Part shown: positions 31,732 to 42,982 of the stretch, one piece after another | How the letters are laid out: each line of letters begins with the position of its first letter | Numbering within the stretch: the first letter of the stretch is position 1 | Assembly (NCBI GenBank): GCA_934636245.1 | Contig: CAKUAI010000006.1 | Span: 8,548-72,547, forward strand | Direction: 5' to 3' | Length of the DNA stretch: 64,000 bases | Source of the DNA: an uncultured Coriobacteriales bacterium | GTDB lineage: Bacteria; Actinomycetota; Coriobacteriia; Coriobacteriales; UMGS124 | Translations under genes and position numbers: made by a program | Notes under the pieces: model-generated | Databases searched by the model: none | What the model saw: only the letters and a program-made list of their open reading frames with translations | Told to the model about the DNA's origin: nothing

Positions 31732-33279
31732 ATGGACCTTCAGCTTAGCCGCCGCAATTTCCTGCTCAGCTCTGCTGCCCTGGGCACCCTGGCCGCCTTC
31801 GGTGGCGTCAACGTCGCCAGCGCCGACCCAGCCGAGAAGATCATCGTCGGCCGCGCCGTCGACTCCGACGACCTCGACCCTGTGACCTGCACCGGCAACC
31901 AGAACATCTTCATCTTCAACCTCATCCTCGACGGCCTGCTGAAGAGCTCCGACGACGGCTCCTCCATCGAGCCCTGCCTGGCCACCGACATGCCCGAGGT
32001 CTCCGAGGACGGCAAGGTCTACACCTTCCACGTGCAGGAGGGCCTGCTCTTCTCCGACGGCTCCCCCGTCACCGCCGAGGACTGGGAGTGGACCTTCACC
32101 CGCGCCATCGAGACCGAGGACTCCAGCTGGCATATGTGCGTCGAGAACCTCGACCACGTCGAGTGCCCCGACGACACCACCGTCATCGTCTACACCAAGG
32201 AAGAGGCTGCCTCCACGCTGGCCAACCTCTGCATCTTCACCCTGGGCGTTCAGAGCAAGGCCTACTTCGAGAAGGTCGGCGCCGACGAATACCACAACGG
32301 CATCCTCGGCACTGGCCCCTATGCCGTCTCCGAGTGGAAGAAGGGCGAGTACCTCACGCTTGAGGCCAACCCCAACTACCGCGTCGAGGGTAAGCCCCTC
32401 ACCAAGACCGTCGAGTTCAAGATTGTCTCCGACGACGCGGCCCGCATCATCCAGCTGCAGGGCGGCGACATCGACATCGCTACCGACCTGTCCTTCTCCG
32501 GCCTGATGCAGCTCGAGGGCGACCCCAACATCAACGTCGAGGCCGACCCCTCCACCATGGTGTACTGGCTGTCGCTGAACAGCAAGAGCGAGAAGCTCGC
32601 TGACCCCAAGGTGCGCGAGGCCCTCTACCTGGCCACCAACTCCCAGGAGTTCGTGGACACCATCACCTTCGGCTACGCCACGCCCGCCAGCTCCATCATC
32701 AACCCCACCTCTGAGTTCTACTATGCCTCCGACCAGCCCTCCGGCGACATCGAGAAGGCAAAGGCCCTGCTTGCCGAGGCCGGCGTCGGCCCGTTCGATC
32801 TCACCCTGCTGATGCGCGAGGGCAACGAGACTTATCAGCAGATCGGCATGATCCTCATGAAGCAGTGGGCGCAGATCGGCGTCACCGTGAACTTCAACCA
32901 GATTGAGGCCACGGCTTACTCCGCCGCCCGCAAGGACCTTTCCAACTACGACCTCATCATCTCCGGCTGGAACGACGACGTCACCGACCCCGCTGAGATG
33001 ATGCAGTTCGTGTTCGACTACAGCGTCACCTGCGGCTACTACTCCGGCATGGAGTTCGACGACGAGATGCAGCAGCTCAACTCTGCCGCCCTCATCGAGC
33101 TCGACGAGGAGAAGCGCAAGGACCTCTACGCCCAGATCCAGCAGAAGCTGCGCGAGCTGGCCATCTACGTGCCGCTCATGGTCACCCCTTGGTGCAACGC
33201 CATGAACAAGGCTGTCACCGGCTGGGTCCAGACCCCGCTTGGCAACTACCGCCTCGAGGACCTTGCCCGCGAGGCCTAA
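31732..33279 (+). CDS. ABC transporter substrate-binding protein, family 5
   Basis: Tat-like leader SRRNFLLSSAALG. DppA/OppA-like. Confidence 0.9.
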   Translation: MDLQLSRRNFLLSSAALGTLAAFGGVNVASADPAEKIIVGRAVDSDDLDPVTCTGNQNIFIFNLILDGLLKSSDDGSSIEPCLATDMPEVSEDGKVYTFHVQEGLLFSDGSPVTAEDWEWTFTRAIETEDSSWHMCVENLDHVECPDDTTVIVYTKEEAASTLANLCIFTLGVQSKAYFEKVGADEYHNGILGTGPYAVSEWKKGEYLTLEANPNYRVEGKPLTKTVEFKIVSDDAARIIQLQGGDIDIATDLSFSGLMQLEGDPNINVEADPSTMVYWLSLNSKSEKLADPKVREALYLATNSQEFVDTITFGYATPASSIINPTSEFYYASDQPSGDIEKAKALLAEAGVGPFDLTLLMREGNETYQQIGMILMKQWAQIGVTVNFNQIEATAYSAARKDLSNYDLIISGWNDDVTDPAEMMQFVFDYSVTCGYYSGMEFDDEMQQLNSAALIELDEEKRKDLYAQIQQKLRELAIYVPLMVTPWCNAMNKAVTGWVQTPLGNYRLEDLAREA

Positions 33280-33489
33280 TCCTCACGCGATGGCCGAGCT
33301 TTACTGGGCGCGCGCTTAAGGCGTAACAACGCAAATATCCGGGGGCTGCGGTGGAAAAATCCATCGCGGCCCCATTTGATGTAGTTACGAGTAAAAAAGC
33401 GTGTATGCTTAGCAATTCGTGTATGGAAGACGTGTGCATATACAGTTCTGTATTCGCACGCAAAGAGAGGAAAGGAAGGAGGGGAAGGC

Positions 33490-34440
33490 GTGGAAACATT
33501 CCGTTACATCGTGAAACGTGTATTGCAGATGATCCCCGTGCTCATCATTGCAGTCATCGCGATATTCCTGCTTATGCGCCTTCTGCCTGGCGACGCGGCC
33601 CTCGCAACGCTGGGCGACAAGATCGACCCCAAGGTGTATGAGGCGCTCAAAGAGCAGATGGGCCTCAACGCATCGCTGTGGACTCAGTTCACCGTGTACG
33701 TGAGCAACCTCGTGCAGGGCGATTTGGGCTCGTCCACCATCTACAAGATGCCCGTCTCGCAGCTCATCGCCTCGCGCATGCAGGTGACCCTGTGCCTGGC
33801 TCTCACGGCCACGATCTTCACCGTCATCGTGGCGCTGCCCCTGGGCTACATGGCCGGCGTGAAGAAGGACAAGCTGCCCGACATCCTCACGCGCATCTTT
33901 GCCCTGATCGGCCTGGCTGCCCCTTCGTTCTGGGTCGGCTTGGTGCTGCTCATCGTCTTCGGCGTGAACCTGGGAATCTTCCCCACCTCCGGCTGGGGCA
34001 AGACCTGGCCCGAGCACTTCGAGGCGCTCATCCTTCCTGGCTTCACCCTGGCCTTCTCCTCCATCGCCGTCGTCATTCGTAACGTGCGCAACAACGTCGT
34101 TGACGTGCGCAACGCCGACTACGTGGACTTCGGCCGCTCCAAGGGCCTCTCTAGCTGGGTGATCTCCACGGGCTACGTGCTTCGCAACGCCCTCATCCCC
34201 ACGGCCACGCTGCTGTCGATGCGCATCATCGGCATGCTGTCCGGCTCGGTCATCATCGAGAACATCTTCGGCCTGCCGGGCATCGGCGCCCTGCTCGTGC
34301 AGTCGGTCACGGGCCGCGACTACGCCACCGTCCAGGCCTGCGTCATGGTGTTCGTCATCATCACGCTCGTCGTGAACCTCGTCACCGACATTCTCTACTC
34401 GGTGCTCGACCACCGTATCAAGTTGGGAGATGAGAAATAA
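33490..34440 (+). CDS. ABC transporter permease
   Basis: DppB-like hydrophobic protein. Confidence 0.9.
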   Translation: METFRYIVKRVLQMIPVLIIAVIAIFLLMRLLPGDAALATLGDKIDPKVYEALKEQMGLNASLWTQFTVYVSNLVQGDLGSSTIYKMPVSQLIASRMQVTLCLALTATIFTVIVALPLGYMAGVKKDKLPDILTRIFALIGLAAPSFWVGLVLLIVFGVNLGIFPTSGWGKTWPEHFEALILPGFTLAFSSIAVVIRNVRNNVVDVRNADYVDFGRSKGLSSWVISTGYVLRNALIPTATLLSMRIIGMLSGSVIIENIFGLPGIGALLVQSVTGRDYATVQACVMVFVIITLVVNLVTDILYSVLDHRIKLGDEK

Positions 34441-35315
34441 TGGCAGACACTGCAGCACTCGCTCCCAAGCGCACCAAGATCAAGAAGATCCCGATTTGGC
34501 GCCGCAGCCCCAGCCTTGTCATCGGCGCCATCATCGTAGCTCTGGCGTTTGTCGTGGCGGCATTCCCCACGCTCTTCGCCCCCGACGCCGCCAAGCCCGT
34601 TACCGACCTCATGGACTTCACCGCCATGCTCCAGGCGCCCAGCGCCGAGCACTGGTTCGGCACCGACAACTACGGCCGCGACATCTACACCATGGTCATC
34701 GCCGCCACGCGTCTCGACCTGCTCATCGGCCTGGGTTCGGTGGCCCTGCCCTTCGTGGTGGGCACGCTTCTGGGCCTTATCTGCGGCTACTACGGCGGCA
34801 AGCTCGACACCATCATCATGCGCATCCTCGACATCTTCGTGGCGTTCCCGTTCATGGTCCTCGCCATCGCCATCGTGGCCATCCTGGGCAACGGCGTCAT
34901 GAACCTGCTCATCGCCATGTGGATCGTGAGCTGGCCTCCCTACACGCGTCTCGTGCGCTCCGAGGTCCTCATCGCCAAGAACTCCGAGTATGTGCAGGCC
35001 GCCAAGACCCTGGGCTACTCCGACGCGAAGATCATCTTCCGCCACATCCTGCCCAACGTCATCTCCAGCTCCGTGGTGTACGCGGCCTCCGACATCGTCA
35101 TGTGCATCATGACCGCCGCCTCCATGAGCTTCCTGGGCCTGGGCGTGGACGCCGCCACCCTTGAATGGGGCTCCATCATCTCCAGCGGCAAGAGCTACCT
35201 GTTGGGCGGCTATTGGTGGATCTCCTCCATGCCCGGCATCGTCATGGCGATCGTTGGCCTTGGCTTCTCGCTCTTCGGCGACGGCCTCAACGACCTGCTC
35301 AGGACCAAGGACTAG
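34440..35315 (+). CDS. ABC transporter permease
   Basis: DppC-like. GTDNYGRDI. Confidence 0.9.
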   Translation: MADTAALAPKRTKIKKIPIWRRSPSLVIGAIIVALAFVVAAFPTLFAPDAAKPVTDLMDFTAMLQAPSAEHWFGTDNYGRDIYTMVIAATRLDLLIGLGSVALPFVVGTLLGLICGYYGGKLDTIIMRILDIFVAFPFMVLAIAIVAILGNGVMNLLIAMWIVSWPPYTRLVRSEVLIAKNSEYVQAAKTLGYSDAKIIFRHILPNVISSSVVYAASDIVMCIMTAASMSFLGLGVDAATLEWGSIISSGKSYLLGGYWWISSMPGIVMAIVGLGFSLFGDGLNDLLRTKD

Positions 35316-35330
35316 AAGGGGGCCTGAGAC

Positions 35331-36439
35331 ATGGCAAACATCCTCGAGGTCGACGACCTCTCAATGCACTACATAACCAAGAGCTCCACGGTGCGCGCCG
35401 TGGAGAAGGTCACGTTCTCCATCGCCGAGGGCGAGACGTTCGGCCTGGTAGGCGAGTCTGGTTGCGGCAAGTCCACCACCGCACGTTCGCTGGTGCGCCT
35501 GCTGCCCGAGGTGGGCAAGATCGTGGGCGGCTCCGTGCGCTACAAGGGCCAGGAGCTCACCACGATGAGCGACCGCGAGATTCGAGGCCTGCGCGGCAAG
35601 GAGATCGGCATGATCTTCCAGGACCCGATGACCTCGCTCAACCCGGTCACCACCGTGCGCAAGCAGTTCTTCGAGTCCCTCAAGCGCGAGGGCCTGAGCA
35701 AGAAGGAGATGGAGGAGCGCGCCGTCGAGCTGTTGCGCCTCGTGGGCATCCCCGAGCCGGCCAACCGCATGGGCAACTACGTCCACGAGATGTCGGGCGG
35801 CATGCGTCAGCGCGTGATGATTGCCATCGCCCTGGCAAGCCAGCCTCGCCTGCTGCTCGCAGACGAGCCCACCACCGCGCTCGACGTGACCATCCAGGAC
35901 CAGATCATCTGCCTGCTCAACGACCTGCGCGAGAAGCTCGGCATGTCCATCCTGCTCGTGACGCACGACCTGGGCGTCGTGAACGAGATGTGCCACCACG
36001 TGGGCGTCATGTACGCCGGCCGCATCGTCGAGATCGCCGACACGCGCAACCTGCTGCACCACCCCAAGCACCCCTACACCGTGGGCCTCATCAACTCGCT
36101 GCCCGCCGAGAACGACACGCGCGCACGCCTGGAGCCCATCCACGGCGCGCCGCCGAACCTGGCGCACGAGATTGTGGGCTGTGCCTTCGCGCCGCGCTGC
36201 CCCTTCGCCGACGAGATGTGCCGCACCAAGGCCCCCAACATGCAGACGCTTGTGGGCGGCCACCGCGTGCGCTGCCACCACGCCGACCCCTACGACCGTA
36301 CCCGCGTGACCGACCAGGACCGCGACTTCGCTGAAGAGCTCATTGCCTCCGGCTCTGAGCAGGGCGCCAACGCCGACAAGGACGCGGCCGATGCCCTCAC
36401 GCCCGACATCACGCCCAAGAAGAAGGGAGGCGTTGCATA

Positions 36440-36440
<1 letters not shown>
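35331..36440 (+). CDS. ABC transporter ATP-binding protein
   Basis: [25 protein letters not shown]. Confidence 0.9.
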
Positions 36441-37474
<1,034 letters not shown>

Positions 37475-37518
37475 GAGTACGGCAAGGCGAGACGCAACAC
37501 TGCGATTGCTTGCTTACG

Positions 37519-37559
37519 AAAATCCCCCAGTCCACATGGCGTGGGCTGGGGGATTTTTT
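37519..37559. terminator. bidirectional terminator
   Basis: AAAATCCCCCAG..CTGGGGGATTTTTT. Confidence 0.7.
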
Positions 37560-37595
37560 CGTGGCCGGATTTGCGCAGGGCGCCTCGGGTGGTCC

Positions 37596-38585
37596 CTACC
37601 TGCCCAGGCTTGCGTCGTGCTTGGCACGGGCCTCGGCGGAGTAGCGCTGCTGGTAGCGCACGTCCACGAGCTCGGCGACGATGGCGATGGCGAGCTCTGC
37701 GGGAGTCTTGGCGCCAAACTTGAGGCCGATGGGGCGCTTGACGCGCTGCCAGTCGAGCTCGGTGCCACCCTGGGCAAGCACAAGGTTGTGCACAGTGTCA
37801 TTCTTGCCCTTGCAGCCCATCATGCCCACGTAGTGCGCGTGCTGGCGCGTACCCCACACGCAGCCCTGCGGGTCGAACATGTGACCGCGGGTAAGGACGC
37901 ACACGTAGTCCTCGGGAGCGCACTCGATGTCGTCGATGCCGACAAAGCCGGGGCCAGGCAGCAGGATGCGCTCAGAAGTGGGGAAGCGCTCCTCGCTGAT
38001 GTAGGCGGGATCGTAGTCCACAACCGTCACGCGGAAGCCCACATGCTCGGCAAGGGTAGCCGTCTCGGCGGCGGCGTCGGAAGCACCGAGCAGCCACACG
38101 TGAACCTTGTCGAAGAGCGGGGCGCTCATCCAGGTAAGGCCTGCGAACTGGTCGTTGTGCATGCCCGGGCCACGGGTGATGTCCTTCATCTGGAACAGGT
38201 CGCGCGGCGAATACTCGCGGCTGGCCACGACCTCCTTGGCGTCGCTGCAGAAGAAGACGAGCGGCTCACCGTCGGCAGAGCCCCGCTCGCCGTACTTCTT
38301 GGTGACTTCGTTGTCCACATTGGACTGGGCAGCCTGGGGGTCAAACACGAGCTTGAAGCCGATCCAGGCAAGCTCGCCGGCGTCCATGGCGGCGATGGCA
38401 CGCTCGAAAACAGGCACGTCGGCCACAGTGATGCCGTTGACGAGAGCATCGAGCACGACAGGCGTCACGTTCTCCTTGCCCGCAAGAGCCTCCGGCTCGA
38501 AGCAGGGGAAGTCCTCCGCAGGGAAAACCGGCGTCTTGCCCTCCTTGAGGGCCTCGACAATGACAACGAGCGTTTCCTTCTTCAT
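37596..38585 (-). CDS. XdhC/CoxI family accessory protein
   Basis: Two-domain XdhC pattern: Rossmann-like VWLLGASDAAAE, LTRGHMFD, GLKFGAKTPAELAIAIVAE. Confidence 0.75.
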   Translation of the reverse strand: MKKETLVVIVEALKEGKTPVFPAEDFPCFEPEALAGKENVTPVVLDALVNGITVADVPVFERAIAAMDAGELAWIGFKLVFDPQAAQSNVDNEVTKKYGERGSADGEPLVFFCSDAKEVVASREYSPRDLFQMKDITRGPGMHNDQFAGLTWMSAPLFDKVHVWLLGASDAAAETATLAEHVGFRVTVVDYDPAYISEERFPTSERILLPGPGFVGIDDIECAPEDYVCVLTRGHMFDPQGCVWGTRQHAHYVGMMGCKGKNDTVHNLVLAQGGTELDWQRVKRPIGLKFGAKTPAELAIAIVAELVDVRYQQRYSAEARAKHDASLGR

Positions 38586-38785
38586 GCAAACATCCTCTCC
38601 TTAGCAAAGCACACGGATGCAGTCCAGTATAGTCGCTTTACACGCAGGGACGGTTGCATTTGCAACGAAGAGAGCCTGCGTGCCATTGGGTGCCAGCGAG
38701 AACAGCGCGCGCAGCATGGCGCATGACCAGGCATACCGTCCCAAAATGGCGTATTGCACGCACCTTAAATCGCCATTCCTTTTCG

Positions 38786-41248
38786 TCATTGCCAGGAAAG
38801 GACGCGGGCGCGCATGGTTTCGATGTCGAGCACGCCATGGGCGAAACCCTTGCGCACGAGGCTTTCGGGGACGAACTCGTCATACTTGTCGAAGATGGGC
38901 ACTTCCTCGGGATACACGAGCTCCATGGGGTCGGCGAGGGCAAGCGCTTCTTGCTGCACTGCTTGCAGGAAGTCGTCTCGCTCGGCCGGCATACGGAACT
39001 GGATGTAGTAGGGCCGCGCCGAGTCGATGCCCTTGATGCCCAGGCGAGGCGCGCACTTGATCTTGATGAGACGCTCGAGCGCCAGGAACGCATACGTGCC
39101 CAACCAGGGGAAAAGCGCCCAGGTATCGCCACCCAGGTTGATAAGCCAATCGCCCTCGGCCAAAGAGGCAGCGGCAGCATAGGGGAACTCGCCTGCGTCA
39201 GAGCCGCGCATGAGCGCCTCGTTGCCACGCACGCCCCCAGGACCGGCGACGCCCGCATCCTGCCAGTCAGTTGGATCTTCCCCCCACACGGCACCTTGCG
39301 CCGCTTGACGAGGCAAACGCGCTGCCCCCGCAGGCAGAGCCCCCGCCGGGCAGGCCGGCCCCGCAACAAGCCCCGAGGCACGTGCAACATGGCGTGCCTC
39401 CTCCAAGCGAGCCTGGGCGTTGCCCATGAGGTACATGTACTGCGTGTCCTCGGCCAGCACGCGCTGCATGCGTTCGAGCACGTGAGTGTGGATGTCGCCC
39501 GCAACCTCGCCAAAGTAGGCCGGCACCTTACCCTTCACCTGCGTGCAGTACACCACGTGGCGCTTGTGGTCGACCTCCTCGACAATCCACACATGGCCGG
39601 CGATGGCAATCTTCTCACCCGGGGGCGGCGGCTGCACAATCGTGCCCAGCTCCATAGACTCGCTGCGGCAGGTGTACTCCTCGTTGTCCTGGAACGTCGC
39701 GTAGAACTTGTAGGAGCTCGTGACGCGCTCACCGGCGAGGCCCACGATGAGACCGCCCTCATCGGTGCGCTCGATGTGGTCGATGTCCACGAGATGACGC
39801 AGGAGCACCCGATAGTCGTCGGGCGAGATGTTGTCGAAGCACGACAGATTGAGCACCTGGTTGGCCAGCTGAGCGGCACTCATCTCGCCGCACGAGGCAA
39901 GCGTCGCCATGGTCTGGTGATAGAGCAGGCTGAAAGGCATACGTCCCGTGCGCGGCGGCTCGACCCAGCGTTCCTCCAGGTACACCTGCACAAGGGCGAT
40001 GCCCTGCACGAGCTTCCAGGGGATGCACTCGGGCATGAGGGCGCGCGCCTCGGGCTCCTCCTCGCGCATGACAAACCACATCTCGCAAGGCCTCTCACGC
40101 CTGCCGGTGCGACCCATGCGCTGCAGGAAGCTGCTCACCGTGAACGGCGCGTCTATCTGGAAGGCTCGCTCAAGTCTGCCGATGTCGATGCCGAGCTCGA
40201 GAGTGGCGGTGGTCACCGTCGTGAACACGCGGTCATCGTCGCGCATGGCGTCCTCGGCGCTTTCGCGCAGCGACGAGGAGAGGTTGCCGTGGTGGATGAG
40301 GAAGCGGTCGGGCTGCCCTGTGGCCTCGCAGTACTGGCGCAGGCTCGTGGTGACAGCCTCGGCCTCCTCGCGCGAGTTGACAAAGACCAGGCACTTGGCG
40401 TCTTTGGTGTGCTCAAAGATGTAGGCGATGCCAGGGTCGGCGTGCTCGGGCGCCACGTCGCTGGCGGGCTCAAGCGCGGGTCCTGCGGCTCGGGCAGGCT
40501 CGCTTATCTGTGTGCGGGGATGGGGCCCGCGCTGCACTGCCTGGGGACCGCTCACGAAGAAATGCTCCATGGAGAGACGCCAGGTGCGGCCCTGCTCTTT
40601 GACCTGCGGGATGACGCAGCCCCGGCCCGTGCCGCGCGAGAGAATCTCGCCCGTGAGCTCGGGGTCGCCGATGGTGGCCGACAGACCAATGCGGCGGGGG
40701 TTGACCCCCGCCATGCGCGAGAGGCGCTCGATGCAGCACAGGGTCTGCCCGCCGCGGTCACCACGCAGAAGCGAATGCACCTCGTCGATCACCACAAAGC
40801 GCAGGTCGCTGAAAAGCCTGGCCACAGCCGAATGCTTGTGCATAAGCAACGCTTCGAGCGACTCGGGCGTAATCTGCAGGATACCCGAGGGATTCTTGAG
40901 CATGCGCGCCTTGTGGGAGGCGCTCACGTCGCCGTGCCAGTGCCACACGGGGATGCCGGCCTCGGCGCAGAGGTCGTTGAGACGATAGAACTGGTCGTTG
41001 ATGAGCGCCTTGAGCGGGCCTACGTAGATGGCGCCCACCGATGCCGGCGGGTTCTCGTCAAAGAGCGTGAGAATTGGAAAGAACGCCGCCTCAGTCTTGC
41101 CCGAGGCTGTGGAAGCCGCCAGGAGCACGTTGTCGTCGGTGTTGAAGATGGCGTCGCCGGCAGCCACCTGGATGCCGCGCAGCGACTCCCAGCCGTGCGA
41201 ATAGATGAAATCCTGGACAAAAGGCGCATAGCGGTCGAAGACGTTCAA
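38786..41248 (-). CDS. sngC: DEAD/DEAH-box (Lhr-like) helicase, Shango SngC-type
   Basis: Motif I AASTASGKTEAAF, motif II VVIDEVH, QRMGRTGRR. Third gene of the triad. TTG start 10 nt after the upstream stop. Confidence 0.75.
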   Translation of the reverse strand: MNVFDRYAPFVQDFIYSHGWESLRGIQVAAGDAIFNTDDNVLLAASTASGKTEAAFFPILTLFDENPPASVGAIYVGPLKALINDQFYRLNDLCAEAGIPVWHWHGDVSASHKARMLKNPSGILQITPESLEALLMHKHSAVARLFSDLRFVVIDEVHSLLRGDRGGQTLCCIERLSRMAGVNPRRIGLSATIGDPELTGEILSRGTGRGCVIPQVKEQGRTWRLSMEHFFVSGPQAVQRGPHPRTQISEPARAAGPALEPASDVAPEHADPGIAYIFEHTKDAKCLVFVNSREEAEAVTTSLRQYCEATGQPDRFLIHHGNLSSSLRESAEDAMRDDDRVFTTVTTATLELGIDIGRLERAFQIDAPFTVSSFLQRMGRTGRRERPCEMWFVMREEEPEARALMPECIPWKLVQGIALVQVYLEERWVEPPRTGRMPFSLLYHQTMATLASCGEMSAAQLANQVLNLSCFDNISPDDYRVLLRHLVDIDHIERTDEGGLIVGLAGERVTSSYKFYATFQDNEEYTCRSESMELGTIVQPPPPGEKIAIAGHVWIVEEVDHKRHVVYCTQVKGKVPAYFGEVAGDIHTHVLERMQRVLAEDTQYMYLMGNAQARLEEARHVARASGLVAGPACPAGALPAGAARLPRQAAQGAVWGEDPTDWQDAGVAGPGGVRGNEALMRGSDAGEFPYAAAASLAEGDWLINLGGDTWALFPWLGTYAFLALERLIKIKCAPRLGIKGIDSARPYYIQFRMPAERDDFLQAVQQEALALADPMELVYPEEVPIFDKYDEFVPESLVRKGFAHGVLDIETMRARVLSWQ

Positions 41249-41257
41249 GAGAGCCGC

Positions 41258-42856
41258 CTAGATGGTGAACTCGGCGAACGTGCGCGGTGCCGCAACCGGC
41301 TCGGCCGCCACGCGCTGGGTGCCAGGTGCCTCGGGGGCAGCCGACTGGATCACCTCGTCATACAGCGAGTTACCCTGCTGTGGGGCAGATGCTTGACCAA
41401 GGCCCGAAGCCACGTCACCCGCAGCAAAAGAGGGCGACGAGGCAGCCTGTTGCGCGGCGTAGCGACCGGAACCGGCCCGCCCAAGACCCGCTGCCGGCGC
41501 AGCGCTAGGCACGCTGCCCTCACCCTCCTCACACGGCAGGGTGGCCGGGCGCTGGGAGAACGCGGGATCGTTCACGAGCTCCTCAAGGGTGAGCGCAGGA
41601 TTCTGATAGAGGATGTCGAGCAGTTCCACGAAGTCGCGGATGATCTCACGCGGCGTGATATGGCTGTCGGCGCCCACGCGCGCGAGCTCTACCTGCAAGA
41701 AGGCCACCAGGTCCTCCTCGCGCAGAACGCGCTCATAGCCAAAGAAGCCCGCGTGGATGTCGGCGAGCTTCTCCACAAGCACGAACAGCTCCTCAGGGGT
41801 CAGCGGCTGGAGCCGGATGACGGGGGCAAGCATGTCCACATGGCCCTCGCTGGCAAAGCGCCCCTGAGCCAAGCGGCTGCGCAGCGCCTCGTAGCTGTAG
41901 AGGCCACGACGGCGGTCCTCCACGCATTGGGGCGTACCGCTCATGATGATGCCCAGGTAGCTCGCGCGACCCTGAAGCGTGTCATTGTACATGGTGAGAA
42001 TCTTCTCGTAGTTGTACTGGCGCGCCACGGCGTTGGGGATCTTGTACAGGTTCACGAGCTCGTCGACAAGCACAACAAGGCCCGCATAGCCCGCGCCCTT
42101 GAGGAAGCTTGCAAACAGCTTGATGTAGTCGTACCAGTCGTCATCTCCGATGACGATGTTCACGCCCAGGTCGGCCTTGGCCTCGGCACGGGTGCGATAC
42201 TCGCCGCGGAACCACCGTACGACATTGGCCTTTGTCTCGTCGTCGGACTCCACGTAAGCGCGGAAATACATGGCGAGCAGGCGGGCGAAGTCGTATCCGT
42301 GCACCATGTCCTGCAGCTGGCGAATGACCACGTAGATGCGTTTCTCGACCTCGGCGGCAAACGCGGGGTCGGCAGGATTTGCCAGGTCAAAGCCGCCCTC
42401 GCCGGCCACCTCCATCTGCACGTTGGAAATCCAACGGTCGAGAATGAGCGTGAGCGCGCCGCCCTCGGGGCGCGTCTTGGTAGAAAGGTTGCTGATGAGC
42501 TCGCGATAGGTGGCCAGGCCCTGGCCCTTCGTGCCCTGCAGGCGACGCTCGGGCGACAAGTCGGCGTCAGCTACGACGAAGCCCTTGCCCATGGCGTGGT
42601 TGCGGATGGTCTGCAGCAAGAAGCTCTTGCCCGATCCGTAGCGGCCCACGAGGAAGCGGAACGACGCGCCGCCCTCCCCCACGAGCTCGAGATCGTGCAG
42701 GAGCGCCTCAATCTCGGCTTGACGACCCACGGTGATGTACGGCAAGCCCACGCGCGGCACGACACCGCCCTTGAGGGAGTTGATGATGACCGAGGCGATG
42801 CGACGGGGCACCTTGGGGGCGTCGGCGGCGCTGGCGGCATTTGCTTTGGCGTTCAT
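41258..42856 (-). CDS. sngB: DUF2791/BrxD-like P-loop ATPase, Shango SngB-type
   Basis: N-terminal LKGGVVPRVGLPYITVGR, Walker A GRYGSGKSF. Confidence 0.75.
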   Translation of the reverse strand: MNAKANAASAADAPKVPRRIASVIINSLKGGVVPRVGLPYITVGRQAEIEALLHDLELVGEGGASFRFLVGRYGSGKSFLLQTIRNHAMGKGFVVADADLSPERRLQGTKGQGLATYRELISNLSTKTRPEGGALTLILDRWISNVQMEVAGEGGFDLANPADPAFAAEVEKRIYVVIRQLQDMVHGYDFARLLAMYFRAYVESDDETKANVVRWFRGEYRTRAEAKADLGVNIVIGDDDWYDYIKLFASFLKGAGYAGLVVLVDELVNLYKIPNAVARQYNYEKILTMYNDTLQGRASYLGIIMSGTPQCVEDRRRGLYSYEALRSRLAQGRFASEGHVDMLAPVIRLQPLTPEELFVLVEKLADIHAGFFGYERVLREEDLVAFLQVELARVGADSHITPREIIRDFVELLDILYQNPALTLEELVNDPAFSQRPATLPCEEGEGSVPSAAPAAGLGRAGSGRYAAQQAASSPSFAAGDVASGLGQASAPQQGNSLYDEVIQSAAPEAPGTQRVAAEPVAAPRTFAEFTI

Positions 42857-42982
42857 CGGGCAACCTTTCTGCAGGCAGGCATCTCAGCCCACCGATAAGC
42901 TCAATCGCAGATAGGATACCAAGCGCAGCGGACAAAAAGCCCCCGCGGGCCAAGTCAACACAGCACGCAAGGCAAGCGAACC